From: a virus
Taxonomy: Duplodnaviria; Caudoviricetes
DNA length: 55,910 nucleotides
Virus record (IMG/VR): IMGVR_UViG_3300049489_000776
Span: 1-55,910 of that record
Strand: one strand, 5' to 3'
Position numbers and translations under genes: made by a program. A model generated the notes under the pieces. That model searched no databases and was not told the origin of the DNA. It worked only from the letters and a program-made list of their open reading frames with translations. Shown here in pieces: positions 47,901 through 55,910 of the stretch (position 1 is the stretch's first letter; each line of letters begins with the position of its first letter).

Positions 47901-48548
47901 GAAATAATAACTTCTGCTCAAGTTGTCGGAGAATTGAACCAAATTAGGTTTACTCTCGATACTGACTTGGCTCTGGTCTATAATTACCAATTAGACAAGT
48001 GGGCAACTTTTGACAATCATGGGGCACGGTCTGCAATCGTAATTGGAAACGATTATTATTACTTAAGAGAAGATGGTGTTTTATATAAAGAAGATAGAAG
48101 CACTTTTGCGGATGCAGGGTCTCCTATTAAAATGAAAATTGAAACTGGTTGGATGAGCTTTTCGGAGCTTCAGGGTATTCAGCGTGCTTATCACGCAATG
48201 ATACTCGCCACTTTTAAGTCGGCTCATAAAATTCGCGTCAAGGTAGCCTATGACTTTGAGGATGCTTATACGCAAGAAGTACTTATAGATACTTCTACGT
48301 TTGTGGATGCTCCTGTGTACGGGGAAGACGCTACTTATGGGGACTCAAGTCCCTATGGAGGCAGCGGAGCTCTTGAGCAAATGAGAGTAGATTTTAAGCG
48401 CCAAAAGTGTCAATCTGTAAAGTTATTAATTGAAGATGCTCAAAGTACAACTGGGGAAGGTTTATCGCTATCTGGCATTACACTACGTGTAGGAGGCAAA
48501 ACAGGAACGAACAAAATTGCCGCTGACCGTAAGTTTGGTACATCTTAG
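44985..48548 (+). CDS. Tail nozzle / tubular B-like (stabilisation) protein with duplicated inserted domain
   Basis: GLD.K, RKRNG start, IGCIAP, beta-rich; GTG after GGGAGG; two VK(D/E)VQKLT repeats. Confidence 0.78.
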   Translation: MALAKQILALPIDKGLDTKLDPKQEEIGYLRTAQNIVYETVKMLRKRNGYIQVDAYDEDNVVIENPIRTTKLKNELLLFTDTNLYSYSETRERFINKGSISSVSPSERTVIKNANNQSQVDGLTLQGFNIFTWTDSSGGVRYSVQDVVNNSFLVSNALVEAGAERPVLAHIEGDVYIIYGNGANVKYKSFSVLQPSTLSTATVAASDRHLTLGLIDAEQAGNSIIVAYNSNNGGNDLTVFFINSVGVPSSLYGVTAAAATHALDVMVDAASRVVLTFSNGANLSYIIFPVTLAASLIPKTLIETIANVTTCCATETSTGVYTVHYEVSVAGTGMNYIKTVTTDSVATVGTPSVFKRSVGLGARSFVRNGVLYIPTVLDSEIQSSYFVFNSTGSLVTKFANQTAGGVVTYGVLQPVLEAIGDSYMVPLIIHNRVQSEGNSFFSTDGIAAGLLNFEPEFKFSNAQLAECLHICSGVLKLYDGASVTEHGFHVFPEELEQASPITVSVETLTEGVLAVKDVQKLTYVGTPASGSMTLTIGAETTGAIQWNDSNANIKAAIEALTAIVTVTVTGDFSAGHTITFDDPIQDISQIIVATNSILTGGAIPVTVTPSTVTQGVAAVKEVQKLTFSAVPTVGSFKLDIDTEVTTAINFSQAANDVKLAIEALASITTVTVTGDFSTGFTITFDAPVEDIVTAIVLENSLDSALNPGLMTDGTYGYAAVYRWTDNTGRDHRSTPTLIPLSVVLNAGTDTQATNIKVPTLRVTDKTNVVIELYRTEANGVTYYKTTDDLSPIFNDPTVDSITITDTRADSDLISNQILYTTGGVLENIPAPASFQIATYTNDRLVVASEKSNRIFFSKQVTEGSPVEFTDAIYRDVDPVGGYVSTLAPLNEKLIIFTRDACFFVSGDGPNNAGLQDTMNKAEVISSDIGCIAPDSTVLTPLGLLFKSRKGIWKLGPGLGLEYVGARVEGYNSEIITSAQVVGELNQIRFTLDTDLALVYNYQLDKWATFDNHGARSAIVIGNDYYYLREDGVLYKEDRSTFADAGSPIKMKIETGWMSFSELQGIQRAYHAMILATFKSAHKIRVKVAYDFEDAYTQEVLIDTSTFVDAPVYGEDATYGDSSPYGGSGALEQMRVDFKRQKCQSVKLLIEDAQSTTGEGLSLSGITLRVGGKTGTNKIAADRKFGTS

Positions 48549-48612
48549 TATGCTCAAAGTACTTAACTCTTTATTGGAAGAAAGCGCTAACGTGCTAACT
48601 ATAGTAGATAAT

Positions 48613-48945
48613 ATGAAAAAACCACTATACCAGCAATATGTAGAGGAACGCGAGCAAGCTCATTTCATTGAGTGTGAGCATGGCTTTGCAATTTATAAAA
48701 TATACCCAGACCACGTTTACTTACAAGACATTTATGTTGAGCCCGAGTTTAGGCAGTCTGGCATCGGAGTTCGGCTTATGGATAGCATTATTTTAATTGC
48801 TAGAAAAATGGGCATGACCAAACTTGTAGGCTCAGTCGTTCCAAGTACACCTTTGGGAAATCAGACCTTGGGCATTTTGTTAAAACTAAACTTTAAATTA
48901 TTAAAATCAAGCGATGATATTATTTATCTTGTCAAGGAGATATAA
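48613..48945 (+). CDS. GNAT acetyltransferase in tail operon
   Basis: DIYVEPEFRQSGIG; start moved to MKKPL. Confidence 0.8.
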   Translation: MKKPLYQQYVEEREQAHFIECEHGFAIYKIYPDHVYLQDIYVEPEFRQSGIGVRLMDSIILIARKMGMTKLVGSVVPSTPLGNQTLGILLKLNFKLLKSSDDIIYLVKEI

Positions 48946-50274
48946 ATGGGAAAAGCTATTAAGAGCGTTACTGGTATTTTTAAAGCAAAGAGTGCAAAGT
49001 TGCAAGGACCTACTCGCAGTTTGTATGACATTTCTGAAGAGACTAAAGGGGCGCGTGCTAATTATGCAGGGTTAACAGACCAAACTAAGGCTACAAGTCA
49101 AGCAGGTGCAGCAAGTGCCGACGTGTTGAAGCAAATGGGTCAAGCGGCGCTTGGTCGCGGACCTTCTTTGGCCGAAGCCCAATTAAAATCTGCTCAAGAC
49201 CGAAATTTAGCTCAGCAATTAGCAGCTACTCAGTCTAGTCCTGCAGGGTCTTCAGCTCTTGGGCAACGTGCTATGTTACAAAACATGGGTAGAGCTGGTC
49301 AAGATATGGCCCAACAAGCGGTTCAGGCTCGCCTTGGAGAAAGAAACGATTTCATGAATCAGGCCGGTGCTGCGAATGCTGCTTATCAGGGCGCTATAGG
49401 GCAGCAATTAGATGCAGACTTGATGAATAAAAGAAGCATGCAAGGTTTTGATACTCAAAGAACAAACGTAATTAATCAGGAAAGAACTGCTAAAGCAGCT
49501 TCTCAAAATGCTTTAACTGGAGCACTTATAGGTGGAGGCGCTTCAATTTTAGGAGCGCAGTTGGGAAAAGCCGAAGGTGGTTATGTTCAAAAACCAAAAA
49601 ACTACGCTGATGGTGGATTTATTTCCTCTATGGAAAAGACTTTGGCTGGCCTAGGTTCTAAGATTAAAGATACTTCTGGAAAGCAATATGACATTAAAGA
49701 CCAAAAATTTCTAAAAACGAGTTCAAATTCTCATAAAGACGGTGGGTTTATTGACGCAATGGAGAAAAAGTTATCCGGTTGGGGCTCTAAGATTAAAGAC
49801 ACTTCTGGTAAGGGACATCAGCGCCCTATAGAAGAGCAAAAGTTCTTAAAAACTCCAGATAATTCTGGCTACAAAGTCCGGGACAAAGAAGAAAAGCATG
49901 CTGAAGGTGGGAATGTTGGGACATCTAAGGCAGTGGACAAAAAGGAAGATGAGAAAACTATTAAACAGAAAATTGGCAGCGGGCTTAAGGATGCGGCTAA
50001 AGGAATTGCAGCAGCTTATAATAATACTCCAGCTTATGTTCCACTCGAAAGAACTACTTTTGAATCTGGTGGAGACGTTGAGGGTCCAGGTACAGCTACT
50101 TCAGATTCAATTCCAGCATGGCTCTCTGATGGAGAATTTGTAATTAAGGCCTCTGAAGTTAAAAAACCTGGCATACTAGCGCACCTAGAAGCTATAAACT
50201 CTGGTAAAGTTACTAAAAAACATTTAAAATCTTTAGCAGAAGCGTTACAAGAACGAAATAAGAAGGGGAAATAA
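48946..50274 (+). CDS. Internal virion / DNA ejection-like protein
   Basis: Gln/Ala rich helical; repeated (A/K)(D/E)GG; GPGT.TSDSIPAWLSDGEFVI. Confidence 0.65.
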   Translation: MGKAIKSVTGIFKAKSAKLQGPTRSLYDISEETKGARANYAGLTDQTKATSQAGAASADVLKQMGQAALGRGPSLAEAQLKSAQDRNLAQQLAATQSSPAGSSALGQRAMLQNMGRAGQDMAQQAVQARLGERNDFMNQAGAANAAYQGAIGQQLDADLMNKRSMQGFDTQRTNVINQERTAKAASQNALTGALIGGGASILGAQLGKAEGGYVQKPKNYADGGFISSMEKTLAGLGSKIKDTSGKQYDIKDQKFLKTSSNSHKDGGFIDAMEKKLSGWGSKIKDTSGKGHQRPIEEQKFLKTPDNSGYKVRDKEEKHAEGGNVGTSKAVDKKEDEKTIKQKIGSGLKDAAKGIAAAYNNTPAYVPLERTTFESGGDVEGPGTATSDSIPAWLSDGEFVIKASEVKKPGILAHLEAINSGKVTKKHLKSLAEALQERNKKGK

Positions 50275-50275
50275 C

Positions 50276-51766
50276 ATGGCCGACTATCCAGGAATTGCTC
50301 CAGAAGACATGGGGCAAGGTGCTATTGATTTAGGCATTGACCAAGAACAACCTCAAATTGAAGACCCTCTTATAACTATGCAAAACGTAGGTGAAATCGC
50401 TCCTGACTTAAGGAATTTTACCCCTGAGACAGTGGATAGTTTAGTTAATCGTGCTCGCATTACTCCAGAGCAGGGTGCAGAACTTAAATCTCGTATTGCT
50501 CCTTCCTTGCCAGAAGTTGCTCCAAACGTTGCACGTCAACAAAGTCAACAAATGTTAGACACTGCTGAAGGTGCTGCGATGAAAGGCACTGGAATTAATC
50601 CTAGCTTCGCACTTCAAGGTAACGTGCCATCAAGTACCTCTGGCCTACCAAGTACGCTAAGGGCTCCGCAAAAATCTCCAGAACAAATGCAAGCAGAGGC
50701 AGACGCTCAAGCATTGGCCGCTCAAAGAGATGCTGCTGCACAGGCTGGAGCCCAAGAGATTGTGGCGGCTGAAAAAGTTAAGAAACAAATACAAGTTGAA
50801 AAGGATAAAGAGGCTAGAATATCTGCAGTTGATAATCAAGTTAAAGAAGATACCAAAGACTCTCCGTTTTGGCGAGGTCTTGGAGACGCCATTGCTATTA
50901 TGATGGGCGCATATAGTCAAGGTCTTACTGGAGGAAAAGAAAATCCAGGACTTAAGGCTATTGAAAATAGAATAGCTCACGAAGTTGAGAAAAGAAAATA
51001 TAATGCTGAGCAGGAAGCTGCTTTACGCAAGTTGGCCACAGATGCTTTTGATATGAAAATAAAACAGGCTAAAATGCTTACTGACAATGCAGTGGCTCAA
51101 GCGTCATTAGATAAAATGGCTGCTGAGACTCAGAAGTTCAGACAAGAAGCAGGGCAAGCTCAAAATGTAGTTACTATTGCACAGAAGAGAGAAATTTCTG
51201 AGGGCGAAGTTGGTAATTTGGCACTGCAGGGAAAAGAAGGTAAGGAATTGGCGGAAAAATATGTTCCACACCCATTTAGGTCTGGCGCTTATTTAAGGGC
51301 GACTTCGAGTCCAGAGTCAATCGGAAAATTGCGCTCTTATGCTGCTGACGTGGCTAATATTCCCCCACAAATTGACCAGATAATTGCATTTGCCAGAAGT
51401 CCAGAGTTTACAAAACTAAGTCCCGAGGATAGGGGCGTTATGAGAGGACAGTTAGTCTCCCTAATAGGTAAACTAAGACTTCCTTTTACTGGCCCAGGTC
51501 CGCTACTGGAAGCAGAGTATAAAAGACTTGAGTCTACTATAGGAAATCCTAATCAATGGTTAACCCTGAATGGTTGGGAAACTAAAAAACTTGACAATGT
51601 TAAGAGTATTATTAAATCCGATATTAAGAATAATTATAAATCTTATGGAAACGTTACTGTAACTGATGATTACCAGGACGCCGCTGATAAAGATGTTCAA
51701 GCTCTAATGAATAGAGGCTTAAATAGAGACCAGGCTGAAGAAGTTATATCAAGAAGACGTAAATAA
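50276..51766 (+). CDS. Internal virion / ejection-like protein
   Basis: Helical, position after nozzle. Confidence 0.6.
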   Translation: MADYPGIAPEDMGQGAIDLGIDQEQPQIEDPLITMQNVGEIAPDLRNFTPETVDSLVNRARITPEQGAELKSRIAPSLPEVAPNVARQQSQQMLDTAEGAAMKGTGINPSFALQGNVPSSTSGLPSTLRAPQKSPEQMQAEADAQALAAQRDAAAQAGAQEIVAAEKVKKQIQVEKDKEARISAVDNQVKEDTKDSPFWRGLGDAIAIMMGAYSQGLTGGKENPGLKAIENRIAHEVEKRKYNAEQEAALRKLATDAFDMKIKQAKMLTDNAVAQASLDKMAAETQKFRQEAGQAQNVVTIAQKREISEGEVGNLALQGKEGKELAEKYVPHPFRSGAYLRATSSPESIGKLRSYAADVANIPPQIDQIIAFARSPEFTKLSPEDRGVMRGQLVSLIGKLRLPFTGPGPLLEAEYKRLESTIGNPNQWLTLNGWETKKLDNVKSIIKSDIKNNYKSYGNVTVTDDYQDAADKDVQALMNRGLNRDQAEEVISRRRK

Positions 51767-51779
51767 TTAGGAGCAATTT

Positions 51780-54143
51780 GTGGGCAAAGAAGAGTTAGTA
51801 AAAAATTCAATTGCACGAGTCCAAAGTAAACAAGCTGAGCCAGAGACCACCGCTCCAATTGTAGAGCAACCAATTTTGGACAATTCAACACCTCCACCAG
51901 ATGCTTACACTCCAATGAGTGAGCAGGAGCTAGACCAAGTTGCTCACGATGTTAATACATATGGAGACAAGTGGACTGAAACTGCAGGTATTACTGCTCT
52001 TGGAGAGTTAACTGCAGGAGCCGTTCCAAGGTTGCTTCAAAATATAGGAGCCTACGAACCTGGTGAAATTGCAAAAATGCAAGAAAATAATCCATACGCG
52101 GAGCCGGTTGGTGAAGCAGTTGGCCTTGGTCTTGGTCTTCTAACCGGAGGCGAAGGTCTTGTAGCTAAAGGAATGCAGAAATCTGCAGTTGGTTTGGCCG
52201 AATCTGGAGGCAGAGTTGCTGAGCGTGTAGTTTCAGACTTGATTAAAAAATCTGCTAATAAAACTCTAAATAAAGAAATTATTAGAAAATCAGTTGAGCA
52301 CGCTGCTCGTGGAGCCGCCGAAGGCACTATATTAAACGTTGCAGATTTGGCAAATGAAGATGCAATTGGAAAGGCTGAATTTAACGCAGAAAATTTAATG
52401 GGGGCTGCAGGTACGGGTGCTTTATTCGGAGGTCTAACTTCTGCAGCGTTTCCAGTTATTGGTGCTGGAGGGCGTGCTATAGGTCGTGGAAGTAAAGAGA
52501 TATTTGACAAATCTTTATCAAAGATTACAGACCCTGTTAAGGACACTCTTAAACTATTTGGGTATGCTCCAAAGGACATTGCTGAAATAGCAACAAGCGA
52601 TGCAAAGAAAGAATTTAGAGAAGGGCTTATACCTTGGCTTTCTAGTAGACTTGATGCCAAGACGATAAAAAGTGATGAGGATATTTTAACTGCACTTACA
52701 GGGGTGAATCAAGAAGCTCGTAAAGGTGCTGATTCTATTCTTACTGAACTTGGACAGGATGTTGCAGGTCAACCAGGGCTTGTTCAAAAGGGCAAGGAAG
52801 TTTTTGAAACCGTTATCTCAAATGTTAATCGAACTTTAGAAGAAAAGTCTAAATACGGCTTTTCAGAAGAGGCTATAAATAAATTAGTAAAATTTAGAAA
52901 CTCTGTTCAAGCACGACTCGAAAGTGGTAAAGCGTTTGAACCTGCAGAGTACCGTTCCTTTAGACAAAGTTTAGATGAAATGTCTAAATGGGGAAAGAGT
53001 GGAGCAGAACACCCAGTAATGGTTCAAGTAGCTCGTGAAAATAGACAAGTCTTCTCTAACGCAATGCATGATTTGGCTGCTACTATTAATCCCGAAAAAG
53101 CTGATAAACTTAAAAAATATTTTGAGGACATGCATTACAGTATAGACATGATAGATAACTTAGGCAATAAGATAGGCAAATCAGATGACAAATTGCCGTT
53201 TAAACTTGGTGAAATCTTTAGAGCTTCAGGCATGGTGCATTTATTAGGCACGGCTGGTGGGATTTTAGCTGCAGGCGAGGCCGTTTTAAGCTCAGACTTA
53301 AAAAAGCGTCTTGTAATAATGCAGGCTATGCGTAAAGCAGGTCAAAAGACTGAGGCCATGACTAAGTCCTCAATTGAAAAGTTTTTAAGCAATTCTAAGT
53401 TGCCTCGAAAGATAGAAACAGCATCCGCTCTCATGGCGGCGCACATTGCACGGCCTGAAGGTTCTAAGTCTGCTCCAAAGAGTAGGCAAGAAGCGTATGA
53501 AAATACTGCTAAAAATTTGAACGAGCTGATGACTAATCCAGAAAAATTAATGGACAAAACGGCAAAAGCAACTGCTAGCATTAGTCGTGAGGCTCCAAAA
53601 ACAGCCTCAGTAGCAAGTCAACGAATAATTAATGCTACTCAATTTTTGGCTTCTAAACTTCCTAAATCTCCTTCACTAGCAGTGCTTCCTGGAGTAAAGC
53701 CTCGCCCATACACGCCCTCAAGTATGGAGCTTGCTAAATTTGAACGCTATATACAAATTGTAGAAATGCCTCTCAGCATTTTAAATGAACTCGAGCACGG
53801 AACACTTACAAAAGACCATGTTGAAGCTATGCAAGCGGTGTACCCAGAAATGTATAATTACTTTAGAAATAGTTTAATTAACAAACTACAATCTGTGGAT
53901 AACGTAGACATGCCATACTCTAAGAGAGTTCAGGCAGGGCTATTATTAGACATAGTTTCAGACTCTTCAATGCTGCCCCATAATATATCGGCCTTGCAGC
54001 AAAACTTCAAAGTTAATGAGCAACCTGAAGGCGGAGCTGCTCCGGTAGTCAGCCCTACTCAAACAGGTGCTGCTCAAATAGACAAAGCTGACCGCTCTGC
54101 TTCAGATACGCAAGCTTTTATGCAGCGCAGGTCCGAGGGTTAG
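51780..54143 (+). CDS. Large internal virion / ejection-like protein
   Basis: 787 aa with Gly/Ala hydrophobic segments typical of podovirus ejection proteins. Confidence 0.65.
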   Translation: MGKEELVKNSIARVQSKQAEPETTAPIVEQPILDNSTPPPDAYTPMSEQELDQVAHDVNTYGDKWTETAGITALGELTAGAVPRLLQNIGAYEPGEIAKMQENNPYAEPVGEAVGLGLGLLTGGEGLVAKGMQKSAVGLAESGGRVAERVVSDLIKKSANKTLNKEIIRKSVEHAARGAAEGTILNVADLANEDAIGKAEFNAENLMGAAGTGALFGGLTSAAFPVIGAGGRAIGRGSKEIFDKSLSKITDPVKDTLKLFGYAPKDIAEIATSDAKKEFREGLIPWLSSRLDAKTIKSDEDILTALTGVNQEARKGADSILTELGQDVAGQPGLVQKGKEVFETVISNVNRTLEEKSKYGFSEEAINKLVKFRNSVQARLESGKAFEPAEYRSFRQSLDEMSKWGKSGAEHPVMVQVARENRQVFSNAMHDLAATINPEKADKLKKYFEDMHYSIDMIDNLGNKIGKSDDKLPFKLGEIFRASGMVHLLGTAGGILAAGEAVLSSDLKKRLVIMQAMRKAGQKTEAMTKSSIEKFLSNSKLPRKIETASALMAAHIARPEGSKSAPKSRQEAYENTAKNLNELMTNPEKLMDKTAKATASISREAPKTASVASQRIINATQFLASKLPKSPSLAVLPGVKPRPYTPSSMELAKFERYIQIVEMPLSILNELEHGTLTKDHVEAMQAVYPEMYNYFRNSLINKLQSVDNVDMPYSKRVQAGLLLDIVSDSSMLPHNISALQQNFKVNEQPEGGAAPVVSPTQTGAAQIDKADRSASDTQAFMQRRSEG

Positions 54144-54342
54144 TCTGTAATCCACCAATAAAGTTTAAAAGCCCACTCTATAATTAGTGGGGTCAGTATT
54201 ACAAGTGCCATGATAGTCCAAAAGTCCATGCCTAAGTCTACCTTAAAGCGGCCTAGAAGTCAAGTCCTAATAACTAACAAAGTAACCATAATAGGTATCT
54301 AGAGAGCATATCCGCCCTCGAACCTTACAAGGGAGGCCAATC

Positions 54343-54690
54343 TTGGCACGTAAAAATACACACAATTATAAAATGCTCAATGCAGTAGATATTTCAACTA
54401 CTCAAACATCAGCACCTACTTCCGTTATAAACATGGACAAGGCAGGTATTTACTTCGAGTGGAGTGGTACAAGTCCTGTAGGCGTACTTACCGTCGAGGC
54501 TAGAAATAGTTCAGACGGCAACTGGTATACACTAGACTTTGGCTCGGCTATGAATATTTCTGGAAATACCGGTAGCCACCAGATTCGTATAACTGAATTA
54601 CTTTCTTATGAAATTAGAGTAAAGTACACAGCGACTTCTGGAACTGGTACTGCTACAGCTACTATAGTAATGAAGCAAGTTGGAGGATAG
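54343..54690 (+). CDS. Virion structural protein, paralogue of 1862-2212
   Basis: TTG after GGGAGG; shared motifs. Confidence 0.7.
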   Translation: MARKNTHNYKMLNAVDISTTQTSAPTSVINMDKAGIYFEWSGTSPVGVLTVEARNSSDGNWYTLDFGSAMNISGNTGSHQIRITELLSYEIRVKYTATSGTGTATATIVMKQVGG

Positions 54691-54692
54691 TC

Positions 54693-55352
54693 GTGGCTGT
54701 TTTCACATATCCGGCCACATTTATTTTACCTACTCAGCAAAAATTCATATCGGGTGTGAGTCAGACTTACACTACTCCTGAAGGTTGTAAGTATATTGTG
54801 GTTAAAATGGTCGGAGGGGGCGGAAGCGGCTCTGGTGGCGGCCTCAATGGGACTGCCGGAAGTGGAAGTGCTGGAAATGCAACTATATTTGGGTCACTAA
54901 CTGCTGGTGCCGGTGGTGGAGGCAGTGCAGGTGGTGGTCCAGTTGGTTCCGGTGGAACAAATACTTTTTCAGGTACAGGATTTGAAATTTCGGGTGGAGC
55001 CGGTGGCGGTGCTTCTGCATTCGGTACATCTACTAGATATGCGGGTGGAGTTGGAGGAAGTTCAATTTTCGGTGGTGGTGGTGGTGGAAACTATAATGCT
55101 GCTGGAAAAGCTGGAGCTGCAAACTCAGGTGCCGGTGGTGCCGGAGGTGGGAATGAAGCTTCCGGTACTGGAATCTCTGGATGCGGTGGCGGTGCTGGCG
55201 GTTATATAGAGGCGGTAATAAATTCTCCGAGCGCTACTTATACTTATACTGTGGGGGCGGCTCAAACGACCGTAGGCTCAGCAGGTACCTCCGGATATGC
55301 TGGTGGTAATGGTGCAGCGGGTTTAATTATTATTACGGAATATTACACTTAA
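54693..55352 (+). CDS. Glycine-rich tail fibre-like protein
   Basis: YTTP.G.KYI.V..VGGGG...YTVGA...G.III.EY. Confidence 0.75.
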   Translation: MAVFTYPATFILPTQQKFISGVSQTYTTPEGCKYIVVKMVGGGGSGSGGGLNGTAGSGSAGNATIFGSLTAGAGGGGSAGGGPVGSGGTNTFSGTGFEISGGAGGGASAFGTSTRYAGGVGGSSIFGGGGGGNYNAAGKAGAANSGAGGAGGGNEASGTGISGCGGGAGGYIEAVINSPSATYTYTVGAAQTTVGSAGTSGYAGGNGAAGLIIITEYYT

Positions 55353-55372
55353 TTACTTTGGAGTGATTTAAA

Positions 55373-55910
55373 ATGAGTTTTATTGGAAAAAATCCTAAAG
55401 TTAATTGGCTAAATTTAGAGCCTCAATCTGCTGACCCTGCGTCTCCAAATGAAGGGGACGTATTCAGGTCAGACGGTACTCCTAGGGCCGCCGGAATATG
55501 GACCTATCAAAGTGCGGCGTGGATTCAAGTTGGTGGTCAAACTAATTCATGGACTTATCGTTCGGTTACAACTACAGACACCGCCCTAACTTCAGACGCT
55601 ATTCTTTATTTAAGTGGAGCCTCGTTCACACAAGGCTTGTACACAGCAGTTGGAAATCAGGGAAAAATTTTAACACTTGTGCATGCAGGAACTTCTTGGA
55701 CTCAAGTTTACACTATAGACCCTAATGGAGCACAAACTATAAACGGAGTAGCTACTTTAAATTTAAACCGTAATGGTGAGTATGTAACTATTCAAAGTGA
55801 TAATTCTAATTGGAATATTATAGAACGCTCTAAGTTATCTGTTCAATTTTTAGCAAATTCTACTTTTACGGTTCCAAATGGAGCCAACAAAGCGGAGGCT
55901 CTCCTTATTG
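55373..55910 (+). CDS. N-terminal part of tail fibre-like protein running off the window end
   Basis: ATG after GGAG; open to end, finishing FTVPNGANKAEALLI, the usual lead-in to a Gly-rich domain. Confidence 0.75.
   Translation, partial: MSFIGKNPKVNWLNLEPQSADPASPNEGDVFRSDGTPRAAGIWTYQSAAWIQVGGQTNSWTYRSVTTTDTALTSDAILYLSGASFTQGLYTAVGNQGKILTLVHAGTSWTQVYTIDPNGAQTINGVATLNLNRNGEYVTIQSDNSNWNIIERSKLSVQFLANSTFTVPNGANKAEALLI

Noticed and set aside
52052-52660. 202-aa - strand ORF and similar antisense ORFs in the track (e.g. 24871-25308, 34079-34477, 36190-36534, 40569-40880)
   Set aside because: Lie opposite well-supported genes, with no recognisable motifs
54344-54359. TGGCACG half-sites outside the arrays (also ~14757)
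   Set aside because: No TTGC at -12 spacing; consistent with chance in coding sequence

Overview
Near-complete (~56 kb, roughly 40% GC), circularly permuted genome of a tailed dsDNA phage with podovirus-like architecture. The + strand late arm (~33.5 kb to the end, continuing at 1-6.9 kb) carries TerS/TerL, portal, scaffold, capsid, tail, ejection-like proteins, fibres, an M15 endolysin and RusA. The - strand arm (6.9-30.6 kb) carries PolA, an SSB-like protein, a RecE-like nuclease, a primase, an SF3 helicase, a C5 methyltransferase, proteases and many small genes. No integrase, RNA polymerase, reverse transcriptase or CRISPR array was seen. The most striking signals are non-coding. (1) Two dense arrays of sigma54 (-24/-12) boxes, mixed with a second enhancer-like palindrome, bracket the early cassette. 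(2) Seven sigma28/FliA-type promoters precede early/middle genes. (3) A phage-specific CTAAC-N5-AAC motif precedes late genes. (4) A promoter-driven pair of structured RNAs includes a non-canonical CCA-ended tRNA-like molecule. (5) A ~280 bp dyad-symmetric origin-like region lies next to the helicase. The methyltransferase has a second subunit in an overlapping frame, and GATC appears to be avoided. A flagellated, sigma54-rich host such as a Bdellovibrionota predator is an inference only. All family assignments are from motif recognition by eye, not database searches.
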